A stretch of DNA of 64,000 nt from Podarcis erhardii (lineage: Eukaryota): NCBI GenBank assembly GCA_964252035.1, contig CAXUOO010000125.1. One strand, 5' to 3'. The translations under genes and the position numbers were made by a program. The notes below the pieces were generated by a model. It saw nothing but the letters and a program-made list of their open reading frames with translations. It was not told the origin of the DNA and did no database searches. This document shows, piece by piece, positions 13,400 through 27,977 of this stretch; position 1 is the first letter of the stretch; every line of letters begins with the position of its first letter.

Positions 13400-16343
13400 T
13401 CACCAAGTAGAAAAATCGAATGTTTGACCAGAAAACTTGTACTGCTTTCCAGTAGAATTTAGACTGCGCTGTCTCTTCGCAGCAGCAACAGCAGCAGCAA
13501 CAACAGCTGCCTGTTTCAGTCGCTTTTCATCCCCAAAACCAGCGACAACAGCAGACCGTTTCTTTGTCTCGTCTCCATCTTTCAAATACGTTGTAGTTGC
13601 AGCTGTTGTATCTCTACCAACTTCACCAGTACTATCAGCAGCGCAAGCAGTCCTACTGTTTTCATTGATGCTGCAGCTTTGACCACAGGAAGTGGCATCT
13701 TCCTGCTGAAACTCCTTTCCTCTATCCTTCCCTTCATCTTCCCTACCATCAGTGTCAGTAGTAGTAGTAGCACCAGTAGTAGATATACTAGCAGAAGCAG
13801 GAGAATTACCTATAGCAGTAGTAGTCTTAGGTGTGGAAGCTGTAGCAGTAGTAGACGTGATCGCTTGAATATGCTTCTTGGCAGGCAAGTATTTTCCAAC
13901 AGTCGTTGAATACCTTTCAGGATGGGATGCTGTCTTATCCAGTGCATCGCGGTTATTGAACCACGGCTTCTGCGCTTCCTAAAAAGCCAGAATAAAAAAC
14001 ATCATGAATAACAACACCAGTAATGCCACTATTGAACCACGGCTTCTGCGCTTCCTACAAATCCAGAATAAAAAACATCATGAATTACAACACCAGTAAT
14101 GCCACTAACAGTAGAATCACCGCAGCAGTTTCATCAACAGTTATCGCACTACTACCTGCAATGCCATTCACAGTAACAGCAACACCAATAACAGCGGTGG
14201 TAGAAATAGCAACACCAGTTTGACCAATGACAGTAATGACAGCACCAGTAGTAGCGTTAACAGTAATAGCAGCATCGATAGTAACGAATGGAAACAACAA
14301 CACCATTGATTGGCAGCACCAGCAGGGCATTGCAGCAGCGAAGGCACAAAGAGCAGCAGAGCTGCAATGTAACAAAGACAACAATATATATTATATTAAG
14401 CAGCAGCCAGGCCTCTCAGAACATAAAGAAGACGACGTACCGCGCAAGAGGAAACAGTGATATACATGCATGAGCCCTTGTTTATACAAAAAACCGCTCA
14501 CAACTAGGAAATGTCTATACAATACATAAATATATACATATGCATGTTGTATATAGAAAAGAGTCCTGTCAGAGCGTCCAACCTCCCGTACCAACAACAG
14601 GAGCAATTTCACTGCAATGCTTGGAGAAAACAATGCTCAGCCAGGCCATCATTCAAAGAAGATGAAAGATCAACAACAAGGGAGTATTAGCTGCAGCAGC
14701 TTCCATAACCGGAGCTATTTCAGCAACATGCGTCAGCTGAAGAACAACAGAATCAGTTTGAAAAAACATAGAAACAACAGCTGCAGCATTCGTGTTTGTG
14801 TCACTGCCAAAAAATATATACCTCTTCTTTCTTCTGGGCGGAAAGAGCCGAAGCTTTTTTTTTCGTCTTCTATTTCTTTAGCAGCATCTTTGAATGGATG
14901 CACAAAAATTTTAATTTCCACAATTTTTGGTGGCAACAATGGCTTATTTCGCTTATCGGTTTCAAGCTCTTCCCATTGCCGCAGCACTTCCAGTCCACCA
15001 ACCACTGCACCAGTCACACCAATTGCATCATCCTCGCTATCAAATCAATCACACTATATATATATATACATATAGATATATATATTATATATATTTATAT
15101 ATGACACAATCAAAGTGGCAAGGGAAGGACACAAGCGGCAATATGTAAAACCTCAAGCATAAGGCGAGCGAGAGCAGCAGTTCCAGCAACAGAATCAGCC
15201 AGCAACTATACAAATGAAGCAGCAATAATTAGAGCAATAGTAGTAGAAAGTAGTAGCGGTGGTTCAAGTAGGAGTAGAGACAGTTTTAGAAGTAAAAATG
15301 TAGTAGCACTACTAGCAGCAGTAATAGTGGTATATAATGCTAAAATACCAGCGATAGCACTAGCAGAAAAATGCTGCTGCATATAAGCACGGCTGAGTAA
15401 GCGGTAGCAGTAGATGGAGTAGCACTGATTGTGGTCCAAAATGCAGCAACACCATCAGAATTGCGACTTCAGCGGCAAAACGGTCAGCAGCAGTACAAAA
15501 AGATATAAACTACAAAGTTGTAAAAAAAAGAATGCGTAGAGCAGCCACGGAAGCAGAAACAGTGCAGGAAGCGGTGAAAAGCAGCTTTCGAGTATATCAC
15601 GACGGCATCACAACTGCGTCTACTCTTACGATTACTTCTATCACAGCAACGACAAAAACGAATAGTGCTGTGAAAGTTTGAGGTCTCGAAAGAGCAACTC
15701 TATCTTGTTCCACTGCTGCTGCTACTATACGTACAAGTCAGCTGCAGATCCTGCGAAACAGCTCCGCAGCAGTTCCTGTAGCTACAGATTATTAACTTGT
15801 TTTTTTGTAATTCTTTTCTGGTGATTTCTGTTCTAGTTGAGTCTCGCAGTTGCGGCTGAAATTCTCACAGATGCTTTGCTGTTGTTGAGAAGACCGGTGC
15901 TGATTGAAGGCTAGATTTCTTTTCTCGCTTGCAAGCAGCTGAGTTCGTTTATACCAGCTAAATCAACAAAACGGAATTCTCTTACCTCGAGCGAAAATGG
16001 TGTGTTTGTTGTTGAGGTGCTCGCAAGATTTGAAAGTTATGAAAAATTCAGAAAGATTTGAGCGCTTGACTCCGCTGTTGGCCATTGACACAATACCAAG
16101 GCCTTTATGAGTCAAACGATCGTCGCACTCATTTTCAAAGGGAACGCCTTCTGCAAAGCCACTCATACTTATCTTGCTGTTTCGAAGCTGCTGCACTTGC
16201 TCAGCTGTTAAGGGCCAGCAAGAAGCCGTACATGGTGGAGAAGTATGATGGTCAACTTTTTCTCTCATTTCAGCTCGACCGCCTTGAATCATGAAGTTCT
16301 TGATGCAGCTAAGCATACAAAAAAACAAAATTACAAATCACAA

Positions 16344-16403
<60 letters not shown>

Positions 16404-16706
16404 AAAGCAGAAGATCCACCAGCCATAAACATATATATATAGTATAGTCAACAGCAAGGAAATTCTGCAATTTTTATGTACAACAANNNNNNNNNNNNNN
16501 NNNNNNNNNNNNNNNNNNNNNNNNNNNNNNNNNNNNNNNNNNNNNNNNNNNNNNNNNNNNNNNNNNNNNNNNNNNNNNNNNNNNNNNNNNNNNNNNNNNN
16601 NNNNNNNNNNNNNNNNNNNNNNNNATAGATAGATACACAGATAGATAAATACATAGATTGATAGATAGATACATTTGTAGCCGCTACTCATGTACCGATG
16701 TGAACA

Positions 16707-16740
<34 letters not shown>

Positions 16741-17213
16741 GAGCTAAATAAATAGAACTCAAAGTTCATTAGATAAGAGCTGACATATTTTTATACACAA
16801 AGAAGATAATGAATCTTTAGCGTTTGTAAACGAAAAACAGAGGCATAGGCTCTATTGATTTTTGAGGCGGTCCAGCGAAATCTTGGAGCAAATCTATATT
16901 TGTTTGTGTATAGATATATTTTGTGATAATATCAAAACCAAATATACGTGATGCGTTTTAGTGTAACATATGTAGAGTTTTAGACTATATATATATATGA
17001 AATATGTATAATTCTATTATGCACATAATAGATTGGTGCATCGATCAATATTATTCTAACATTTGTTTTATAAGTGTGTCATATTGTGAAAATCCGTAAA
17101 GTAATAAAAAACATATTAAGGTTCCAGAAAAAGATCACGTTCAAACCGTAAAACTGTTCATAGATCAGTGAAACACGCCAGCATATTAAAAGCCAAGTCT
17201 TCGAGATACCTTA

Positions 17214-17256
<43 letters not shown>

Positions 17257-17719
17257 TCAAACAGAAAAAGATGACAGATATAAGAATTGTAAATGCTCAC
17301 ATTCATAGCAGTAGTTAGAGTTGTTGAGTATGATAAAGTTAGAAGCCAACGGCACTGCTGCAACAACGGCAGCGCAAAATGTATATGTATATATATGTTT
17401 GTCTCTATTACAAGAACGATATAGAAAAGGAAACAAGCTGAAGGAATTGGGCTTGTCAACAAAGCTACCACCAAATGACATATTTACATACAAGCCTTAA
17501 CACATATATATACATATATATTGCTGTAGTATGATTTTCTCAAACAGAATATATACATACATACAAATGTATATAAATATATATATGTATATATATTTAC
17601 TAGCAACACATAACTAAATGATGATAATAGCGGTGCACTAGGCAGCAGTACATACAATATATGCAGGCATACATATGCAACACTAGTAGCATATCTACAC
17701 TCCGTGCAGCCAGCAGCGA

Positions 17720-17757
<38 letters not shown>

Positions 17758-18314
17758 CTCGATTGTTGGTAGATAGATAAATTGATTTGCATATTATCAA
17801 AATATGTATGGATATAATTACCGATGGAAGATGATGCCGTTGTAGTAGCCAGCAGCAGCGAGCCTCAAAAAGCTGTCGCATGCACGAGGCACTATGTCCG
17901 CATGCAACTCGAAATTTAGGCTTCCCTGAGACGTTACCACCTGTACATATCTGCAAACAAACACAAGCTATAGACTCAAAAACCCACATATAGGACATAT
18001 ATACAAGCAAATGTAGAGATTGATCGATATGGTATGTAGAGATTGAGCAGTAGAAACAACAACAGGAAGCAGGCGCATATGTAGAAAAAGCAACAGCCAC
18101 AGCCGCGTCACATATAAATCACTTACCCCTTTTTCTTCAGTTTCTTGCAGCGGTCGTAGATCGGCTGCATGCGTTCACGTTCAGATAGAAGACGAAATTC
18201 TTGTCGAGCACTCCCATCCACAGTGGTGGAAGTAAAACCAGCTGCCATTCTGCAGTTAGCACATTCAAACAAAGAAAAACAATTTTCTATGCCTTCAAAC
18301 ATACAATAGATCAT

Positions 18315-18351
<37 letters not shown>

Positions 18352-19159
18352 GATTTGCAAAAGGATTCTGCGGAATATTTATCTTCAGTATAGTATACAC
18401 ACGAGTCACATGTAGATAGTTTGAGAGATGAGAGAAAGAAAGAGAATCTACAAATGGCCTGCAGTTTATATAAACATTTCAGTGTATGAATGCCGACCCT
18501 GCATCTGTGCATGATATATGTCTATACATACAAGTGCTTTGAAGTGATAGTCGCCTGGATATATATGTCTACATTATGTAGAAAACTTTTGTATATGAAC
18601 AAGTTTTTGTATTGATAATCTGTGGCGCTCAGATAAGGCAGAGTTGATACACACTTGCACTCTTTGTGTGAGCAAGCAGCTAAAATCTGGCCTCTTCAAA
18701 TCAGCCCCACAACAACCACTGAAGTCGTCACAATCTCAGTCCTTCAGCTTCAGCATAAGAATCGAAGAACTGTTTATTTAGTTCCATCTATATAGACGAA
18801 TGTTTCACATAGGATTCGAGGGCTATATAATTTGAACACATATATACTGACGTTTGATTTTATATAGAAACGGCTTTCGCTACAAAGCGTTGCTGCATAT
18901 CTCCACTCACTTTAATGAACACAACTGCACAGGACATGACATATATATATATAGATATATAGATATATTGAATAGATTGTCAGCATATACAAACACGTAT
19001 ATTATCTGTTTATCCTAACCTTTTTACGTCATACAGATTGGATTGAATAGAACAACTGTGAACTCACACACAGATACATATATATGTATGAGTGTACAGT
19101 CAACCGACCAGCGTCTATTCATTTAGCACACACACAACACACCAAAACATAGTACAAAC

Positions 19160-19194
<35 letters not shown>

Positions 19195-19642
19195 GAATGA
19201 GTTTTTGGCTCTTGAAGCAATATGTCTACCTATGAGTAGTGTAGAGGGGGTGAGTTTGTGGAGATTGTGTTTTTGCCACAAAGTTGCTACTGTCGCTAGC
19301 TTGAATCGAAGGGACTGAAGCTTCGGCAGTTGTCTCTGTAGATGCAGTACTAGTAGCACGCATGTTTGGAATGAGTTTATTATGAGCAGCTAGTGTTGCA
19401 GAGCTTTTGGCATTCGCTTCTTCCAACACATTTTCCATAAGTTCGGTCTTCTTAATTACTGCTGCCAAACTTCCAGCTTCTGCTGCAACTCCAACTGCCG
19501 CTGCTGCTGCTGCTGTATTTCCGCCTAAAAAGACATGCATGTACGAAAAAACAATTTTAAAAACTCAAAATTCTGCTGTCTCTCTCAGCCACTGTCGCCT
19601 ATGCACCTGTATCTTTCCAAAACCTCCTCTCTATCTATTTAC

Positions 19643-19687
<45 letters not shown>

Positions 19688-19991
19688 CGAATATTCAGAA
19701 ATTTTCGAGAGAGCAGGCAAGGAGACTCCCACTGAGCTACTATAAGTTAGATGGGGTCTTTTGACCGACGACTCAGAAACATATATATACAGCTCGCCAC
19801 ATACGTACAACAAGAGGATTTGTTCCCTTTTTTCCATCACTTGTCTATCCCATCTTTCAACATACATATATATATATTACGTTTACAGGGCCATCAGATC
19901 ATTGATGACCGTCAACATAACATATACTAAACATATTTACTCAATATATGCGTGTACATCTGACATACAAAACCTGACTTAGAACCCTAGC

Positions 19992-20034
<43 letters not shown>

Positions 20035-20594
20035 TTATATATATGTCTGTGTTAGTTTGAATACATTAATATATGTATTTGTTTTATATATGAGGACGTT
20101 ATATGCATACGATAAGCAGCAAATTCACATCTAATTGAAGTTCGTTACCCTCAAAACAATTCTCAGCACACGGGTTGCAAAGTTTTGTAAAAAGGCAGGA
20201 GCAACAGCCCTTTTTCTTGACATTATTGGTTCTCTCTCTACTATATATGTATTTACAAAGATCGATATCTTTTATTCTTACAAATATATGTATGACAGAG
20301 ATGATAAGCAAAGTATATATGTGCATGAAGAGAGTCGAAAACGACAGTTACACATGTGTATATTTACAACTGAAAACTTCAAGTATTGATAATGAGTGTA
20401 TAGAAGGAGAAATACGTGCTGATGAAAATAACAAATTTGCAAGTGAAAGAGCAGTGAAATAAGCAAACAAAAGCCGCAGTGACAGCAGAAACAGCAATGT
20501 GATAATCATGGCAGCATTTTAGCGGCAATAGTAATACTAGTGGCAATTATAAGAGTAGTCACAGCGGTAGCAAATATAGAGCTCCAATGGCAGT

Positions 20595-20646
<52 letters not shown>

Positions 20647-22056
20647 AGTAGTAGTGATAGTAAAAGTAGCAGGAGACTGCAGCAGTAGTACTGATATAGC
20701 CGTAACACGAGTATTGGCTTTACTCGCAACAGTATTGATGTGATTTTTGTAGAGAAGCAGCGGTTTTCTTTTTGTAGCAGAAGTGTTGTTATTTGCAGCA
20801 GTAGTTGTACGAAGAAAAGTGGTAGTTTTCGCAACCTTCGTAGTAGCAGCATAAATCTTTATAGTTGTAGTACGAATACTACCAGCTTTTATTACGGGTA
20901 GTAGTAGTTTTGTTTGCAGCAACAGCAATAGCAGTGCAGTAGTAGTAGTAGAAGTAGCAACATTACCAGTAATAAGAGTTGAAGAAGAATTTGTAGCAGA
21001 AGTGCGACAGCAGTAGTAACAACTACTTTATCCATATTGCCTGCATTAGCAGTTCACTACTTGTATTAGCAGTAGTAGTAGTATAGCAGAAAAGGCGAAG
21101 TGTATGTGAGATATGTGTCTGTGAAGGCTCTGGCTGGGGCTGCAGCAGTGGAGACTGAGGAGCAAGTGTATTTTTTGAAGGAAAAACGTACTTTCTTTTA
21201 AGTGGTAGAAATTGGATACATAGCGGGCCTTCGCATCTGCTGGATTTTGTATGTGGATGATATCGCTGTAAGAAAAAGGTTTCCCTGCAGACAAAAAAAA
21301 GCCGCACAAAAGCGAAAAAAGGCCAAAATTGAATCGATTGTTTTTTACTATCAATGCGACCAAACTCGACAGATCTCACAACAGCACACAAATAAACAAC
21401 AACTTAACAACAACTCAAATACGAGTTGATCAGCTTAGAGAAAACAGCTCAGCAGAGCTTCAAAAGAGAAGACGCCTCAAAGAAAGACGAAGGGAATTCA
21501 CCGGCAGAAAAAGTGGCTGTTGGTGCTGTGCGTCACTTCTACTGCTGTAAATGAAGAAAACGAAAACGAGCAGAAACTGCTCCCACTATTAATGTGCCGC
21601 TCTAACCTGTAAGTAAGTCTTTCCATTGTTTGGTTTGTCTGCAAAGACGGTCAATAGCTTCGTAGCTATATACGTGGCCGCTTTGTTTATTGGCCACTAT
21701 ATGCGAGTGAGCCGTGAAAACTTTGAAAGTGATTGGGCAGTGGTAATCACCCGCTGCATTTCGATGAAAGTGAAGAGGAGTCAAATCGCTTGCATGCAGT
21801 GCCTCTCCATTCACTGGATTTCGCTGATAACGTTTGATATACGGCAGCAAAACTGCAGGGTCAAACACCGTCCCGTCAGCTGTACATACAGCCTCTTCAA
21901 AGGGGCGAAGCGATAAAGCGCTGCATTCACCACATTTACATATACATAAATATAAAATCTGTTGTCAGCTTCCACACGACCTGTGTGAAGCGCTAGAAAA
22001 ACGAATGCAAAGCCTATGAGTATGATTATCTATATATACATATTCACGATCATACA

Positions 22057-22100
<44 letters not shown>

Positions 22101-22618
22101 ATTATACAATCACCAATATTAGATGATATATATATATATGTATGTGTGCATATAGGTGTATATATTTGTATTGGTACAATGCTACAAATTTACGTATATG
22201 AGGCTAGACAAGTTTGACCCACCATCGTTTCTACAGCAGAAAGAATCGAATTCAACACGCGTCAAAAGCAGCAGGGGCACCTGAAAGACGAACACTAGCA
22301 ACAACAGTTTTGCTCACAACACATCAAGACAAATTCACATCTACATATACATATATATATATATACATTATATATATATATTTATATGTGTACGTATATA
22401 TACATATTTTTTAGTGTAGATGTGACAGCAGAGTGAAGAAGAAACAAGAGAAGGAACGTAATATAGTAGCTAGCCTAGAATGAAGAAGCGTACCAGCAGT
22501 AGAAAGGAAGGGACTTGTATGGCAGCTGCAACTTCTTTGACTGGAAGCCGCCCCAATCAGCCGCATACTCGCTCTGAATAATATACAGTTTATCTTTTGA
22601 ATGCTTGTGTTTTCCCAT
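13400..22618 (-). CDS. PPIL2: U-box/RING-type cyclophilin (peptidyl-prolyl cis-trans isomerase-like 2, Cyp60 family)
   Basis: Exons on the minus strand: 22618-22494 (MGKHKHSKDKLYIIQSEYAADWGG...LPFYCC), 21920-21607 (ALSLRPFEEAVCTADGTVFD...YHCPITFKVFT...KDLLT), 21284-21192, 19524-19230, 18249-18127 (MAAGFTST), 17950-17822 (LNFELHADIVPRACDSF...IIFHR), 16308-15986 (CIKNFMIQGG...SMANSG...FFITFKSCEHLNNKHTIFAR), 15004-14822 (VVGGLEVL) and 13978-13400 (VGKYL...FDFSTW, TGA). All junctions are GT-AG and in phase except the last one. The N-terminal U-box region, cyclophilin domain and FS(S/T)W end match the PPIL2 family. Confidence 0.95.
13955..14106. repeat. Two-copy 76-bp tandem duplication spanning the last PPIL2 splice acceptor
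   Basis: 13955-14030 and 14031-14106 both read attgaaccacggcttctgcgcttccta...caccagtaatgccact, with about 3 mismatches. Confidence 0.95.
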
Positions 22619-22990
22619 AGTGAGAAAAGTCACAGCAATAGCCGCCACATTTGCAAAAAAAAAAAGAAGAATACGAAGTCACGACAAAAAGCCGGAAACA
22701 GCAGCAGCGCAAACAAGCATTTTTATGAAGCAGCAACTCGTGCTTCTTTTACAAGGGAATCGTAAAAAAACCAGAGAAATCCAGGCAGCAACAATAGCAG
22801 AACAAAGAGCAGCAGCAGCAACTGCAGAGAACAGCTGCTAAATATCTATATCTATCTTAGGCATAATTATATACACATCTATACAAGTGTTATCGCAAGT
22901 GTGCCTCAAATGGAGCTCTGCGTAGATAAAGAGAAAAAAAAGCAGCTACGCAAAAGAGGCAGCTTTCCACTGCTGAAAAAAGAACTCAAT

Positions 22991-23027
<37 letters not shown>

Positions 23028-25078
23028 TTGTCAACTTTGGCATAACACTGGAAAGAAAAGTCAGCTGGTTTTCGCGAGGTGTAGGAGATGCAAATGAGAG
23101 CGAAAATGATCATCTGCGGAAGATAACACCTGTTATTGGTGAAAACACATCAGAAGACAGGATTGCCTTTGAAAAAGTCTTCTTCACACTTGATACTACA
23201 CCACCAAAAACAACAGTAAACAAACCTTTTAGTCATACCGGGACAACACGCAAAAGCAGCTGGAGAATGATATATCTCTGAACCTAAGTCACTCTATATC
23301 AAAAACGTCCCCTTTATATACCACTTTTGAGGATGAGAGATGATATTACGAATATATATTTAATATATTTTACATACATAAGCTGGTGAACAAGCGTAGA
23401 AAGGAGCGTGGAACAGATAGAAATAGGTCAGCATAGCGCTTGCTACGAGCGAAACGAAAACTGGAATGAATCACTTTAACGAGGTTTTCTTCAAGAAACG
23501 TACACACATATACATATACAAATAGGGGGTTTGAAAGTGTGTCCAAAGTCAAAATTTAGCGGCTGTTGAATGCCACGATTCATCGCACCCAGCAAATTCC
23601 ACCGCAGAAAATGCTTTGGAGAGACAAACTTCGAAGAAGCGGTTGAAAAAGAGTTCATACGCATAAGTGCGGTAACTCGTTGACGGTCTTTGATCGGTAG
23701 TTTACTCTCTCTACTCACTGCTGAATCTATGCATCACTTTCAAAGTATTGCTGGTGCTGCTGCATCCTCACTCAGTGCTGCTATTAGCATTCGAGAATAT
23801 CGCTGCTATCAATACTCTTGCATGCGTTCCAGTCGTTGAAACTGCTGTCAAAGAATAGCAAAAGTCGCTGCTATGGCTGTTAAAGCGGCACCGTTATCCT
23901 ATCTAAAGAAGCCGCATGCATGTGCAACGCTGGTGTTGCGTTGTTTCTATATTGAACCACAGCTGATCTGCAACAATTTGCGAGTAAACCTGCCACGTCA
24001 GCCGTCTCAGAATTATGACGCAGACTGGCGAAGATAACGAAAAATCACCGATAATTCACGATGCCCTTCTCTACATAGTGCAGTTTCTGCTAGTCCAGTT
24101 CTGTTGCGGCTGCGCCCGCGAGTCTTGTTTCATCGCTCTTGCTCTTGCTCCTCCATCAGCAAATGCTATTTCTGCCTCTGCTGCGGTTTCTCCAGCATAA
24201 TAATCAACTGATTTGAACGGTCGCTGTTGGTGCTGTGCATCCTCCTATAATCTTTGAAAGCTCCTGTTGTTGGTGCAGCTGCGGTGTAAAAGCTATTCTT
24301 GTCTCGCTGCTGTTGGTATTGCGTGAGCTGGTTGTTCACTGCGGAATGTTGCAGCAGCATACAAACTCTTTTTTCGACTTTCTACCGCGTCTGTTGTTGT
24401 TGCTGCTGCTGTAGCGTATGCTGCTGTCGTTGACCAGGTGTGATGGTTCCTGCGAAGACTGCTGCCAAATTAAAGGAGTTTTCCCATTTCCGAGCAACTG
24501 CTGGTGAATGGTTGCGTCGTCCCTGCAAATCCAGGGGCTGATTCGAGATTATCACTGCTTCAAAGCTACTCCGGCAGATCTTAATGCTACGCGTCAACGC
24601 TGAACCTTTGTTTTGCGGCGTGTAGCGGGTGGAATGTTTGTCCAGCAACGTCTACAATTATGAGTATATTACACCTGTGCAGAAGAGTAGAAAGAGACTG
24701 AAAAACTCCGTTTGATACAGAATTGTAGCTTTAGTTTGAACAAACAGCTAACCTTTACTCGTTGTCATTGCTAATTGTTGTTATGGTCTGTTGTGTCGCA
24801 TGCGGCTGTGGCATGCGACATGCAATTCTCAATATCTTTATTTTGCTGGGAAAGCTATATATTGATATAGTGAAACAGGCACTATTCAGCATGCGAAAAT
24901 CTAAGGTAAAATTATTTATACGGATACTCTAGTTTCTGTCGGAAGAAACCTTTCAATATATATATATATATATATATACCCAAAACTTTTTACTCAAGGG
25001 AGATCAGCTGATTGTTCTTATAAGATCGAAATTGTATTGGTAGTCTGCTCCATGTGCTAATATATATACATATATACG

Positions 25079-25136
<58 letters not shown>

Positions 25137-27916
25137 TATAGTTTTATATTAGTTCGTTTATGTGTAAAGCTAGTCAGAATGCATATTTTTGGGGGCATCA
25201 GAGCTTCAAATGATGGGCAGAACGGCGAACTTAGTAAATAAGATTCACGACGAACAGAGCAACTGCAGAATTGTGGAATTCTAATGCAGCAGTAAGGCGC
25301 AGGCGCAGTGCAAGCAGCAAAAATACAGCAGCGGGGCGCAACAACAGACAAACGCACCTTCAGACATTGCAATAGAATTGAACTGGTAGAAACTTTTACG
25401 AGAGGACTCCCTTTTTTCAGCAGCAGTAGCATGATCGAAGCCGCACTATTGTCAACTGCAGAACCGTATTATCACCCCTATACGGGCCAAAAATATGTAT
25501 GTCGCGTAGCAGCTTACAAGGTAATCTCGAAATATCCCAGTGAACCGCAGTCGGCAATTTCAATATTTGTCAAAAGAGAAAATTGTAAGCTGTTTCATCA
25601 GCAGTAACAGCAACTCAACGTATATATATATATACATATATATTTATATACGTATAGATATCTGAGTATATAAATTGAAATCTGAATCTAAATGTACCAA
25701 TTTGAATATGTATACAAGTACAGCCACGGCGGAGGAAGCCCACACCATTGGTTGAAGCTGTCGTAGTGTCATAAACATCTTACGTCCGTACGCATACGAC
25801 TGGGATTCCTTGCTAAAGTCAAGGGGTTGTACATGCGTATGCAAATTTGTCTATTATTGCACATGTTCGTGTACCTAGTCAAGTATAGATTATATATATA
25901 TATATATAAATATATCTATAGATAGATAGGCATGCTTATCCTGATCCTAGTCACTTTCTGTTATATATGTATGATTCATTTAATATTTCAAAAATGCAGG
26001 CACACTGGTACCGCATATATGTGTATTTGTATTTTTTCTGTCTGAATTCGATTGTGCTGAGTGGTAGGATGTGTATGTATAATGGGTAAACGCTGTTGCA
26101 ACATACACAGAGAAATGCATAGAAAATCTTCATCTTCATACTGCTCTCTATAAGCTGCATTGCACCCACTCTTTCTGCTTCACAGTACGAACGTTTCCGT
26201 TAAATGGAGATCGCTTGTAATGCTTTTTGAGCGTATAATGGCTAGGAGTGTTATGGATTGCCAATTTGTTATAACAAGAGCACTGCGTGACTTTTCGTTT
26301 CTCTTAGGAATTGCGAGTGCAGCTGCAAATCTAGTTGTTTTCGCCTATAGGCTTCCGCCGTCATGTTAATTTCAAGGTTGGACTGCAATTACGGCAGACT
26401 ACTGCTCTTGCCGCCTCATGCAATACAAGTTATTTCGTGAATCTGCAAAAAGAGAAGTTTTTCATTGTTGGACATATTCTATCTACGTCATGGAATCACG
26501 GATCAAGCACCTGTTGAGACTGCTGTGACTGTCAGATGAGTATAATACACTAACGTTCCACACTATGCAGCTATTCGTGCTTCTCTTCTTGTTATGAACT
26601 GCTTGTGAAAACCAACAAATGTCTGGTACGGCTGCTTATTACATACTTCGGTTTAGTTCCAGAAGCAACACATGGCCTACGCTGGACGTCACCGACAAAG
26701 CAACAGAACTAGCGAAAACAGCAGCTGCAGCATCCCCGCAGCACCAACGTGAACAATAGTTTACAAAGTAGTACAGACCTTGACAGCAGTTGCAGCCTTG
26801 CTGCTTCTGTTGTTGATGTTCTGTAACTATCACCTAATTGTGTGGTTTTTTTCTGTTGCTGCTCTTTACCTGTCGCGCGCATACGGCTGCTGCTACTGTA
26901 ATGATATTATGGGGCCTGGAAGGGTCTTTAGCCCTAAGTATAGATTCATTGTAAGAGCAGAAGCAGCAACAAATGCGCAATCAAGAATTGATACACCCGC
27001 ACTTACCGAATTCGGCAAGTGTTCGCACATACAAGAAGCAGTCGCTGGAAATGCTGCAGATAAGAGAAACAGGTCACCGTTATTCAACAATATTGGCAGT
27101 ATTATTATTATTATTATTATTATGCTCTGCTGTTGTTGTGTATCAATTATCAGTTTGTTGCAAACACAACACCTGCTGCTGCTGCTGCTGCTGAAAGAGG
27201 CGATATTTGCATGTATATAAGGATGTGTGTATGTAAATATACATGTTGTATGCATGATGTAAGTATGTATTTGTCTTCAAGTAGATGTAGAATCGAATCA
27301 GCGTAGATGAAAACTTTATCGAGATGCTACTTGCTTCCGGATCCAGTGGCCGACAATCAATTAGCAGCAATATCCTAGCAGCAGCTGCAGCACCTTCACA
27401 CGCTGTTCCAGCGCAGCAACGTGCACGCAAACCAAAACTACAAAAAAAACTGCTACTCTTCTTACATAGACAAGTTATAAGAGCTTAAAGACATCATGTG
27501 AGGCTGTTGCTGCCGTTGCTGCATTGATATGCATGTATCGTATTCGAGACAAAACAATATAAGCGAAATCGAGATGCTCGCTTCACTTAGCGACACCACA
27601 TAGGAGTTATACAGGGCCCGCCTAATTTGACACAAAATTTTTCCGTTGCAGCAACGTCTGAACTACAACACTACCTGTTCCGGCACTTCTTAATTTCATT
27701 AAGGCCGCCAGGCACTCCGGGGCTAGGCGGTTAGTTCAGAAATATGTATATATATATATGTATATATATGTATATGTCTTTTTGACTCTCTCTCTCTTTA
27801 TAAATTTGTATGTATATATATATAAATATGTATATATTGTATGTGTATATGCGCGTGCTCGCCGATGGTCAATATGTAGAAACATGCAGGTACAAACATG
27901 TACGTGAATAACCGAT

Positions 27917-27919
<3 letters not shown>

Positions 27920-27973
<54 letters not shown>
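27920..27973. repeat. (TA)n microsatellite, one of the longest of dozens in the window
   Basis: About 27 uninterrupted TA units. Similar arrays lie at about 3156-3200, 13004-13056, 16347-16400, 20597-20643 and 25082-25132, all outside modelled exons. Confidence 0.97.

Positions 27974-27977
<4 letters not shown>

Noticed and set aside
20506-21050. Thr/Ala/Leu-rich ORFs inside PPIL2
   Set aside because: Exon 21284-21192 joins exon 19524-19230 in phase without them, so they are intronic degenerate triplet repeats.
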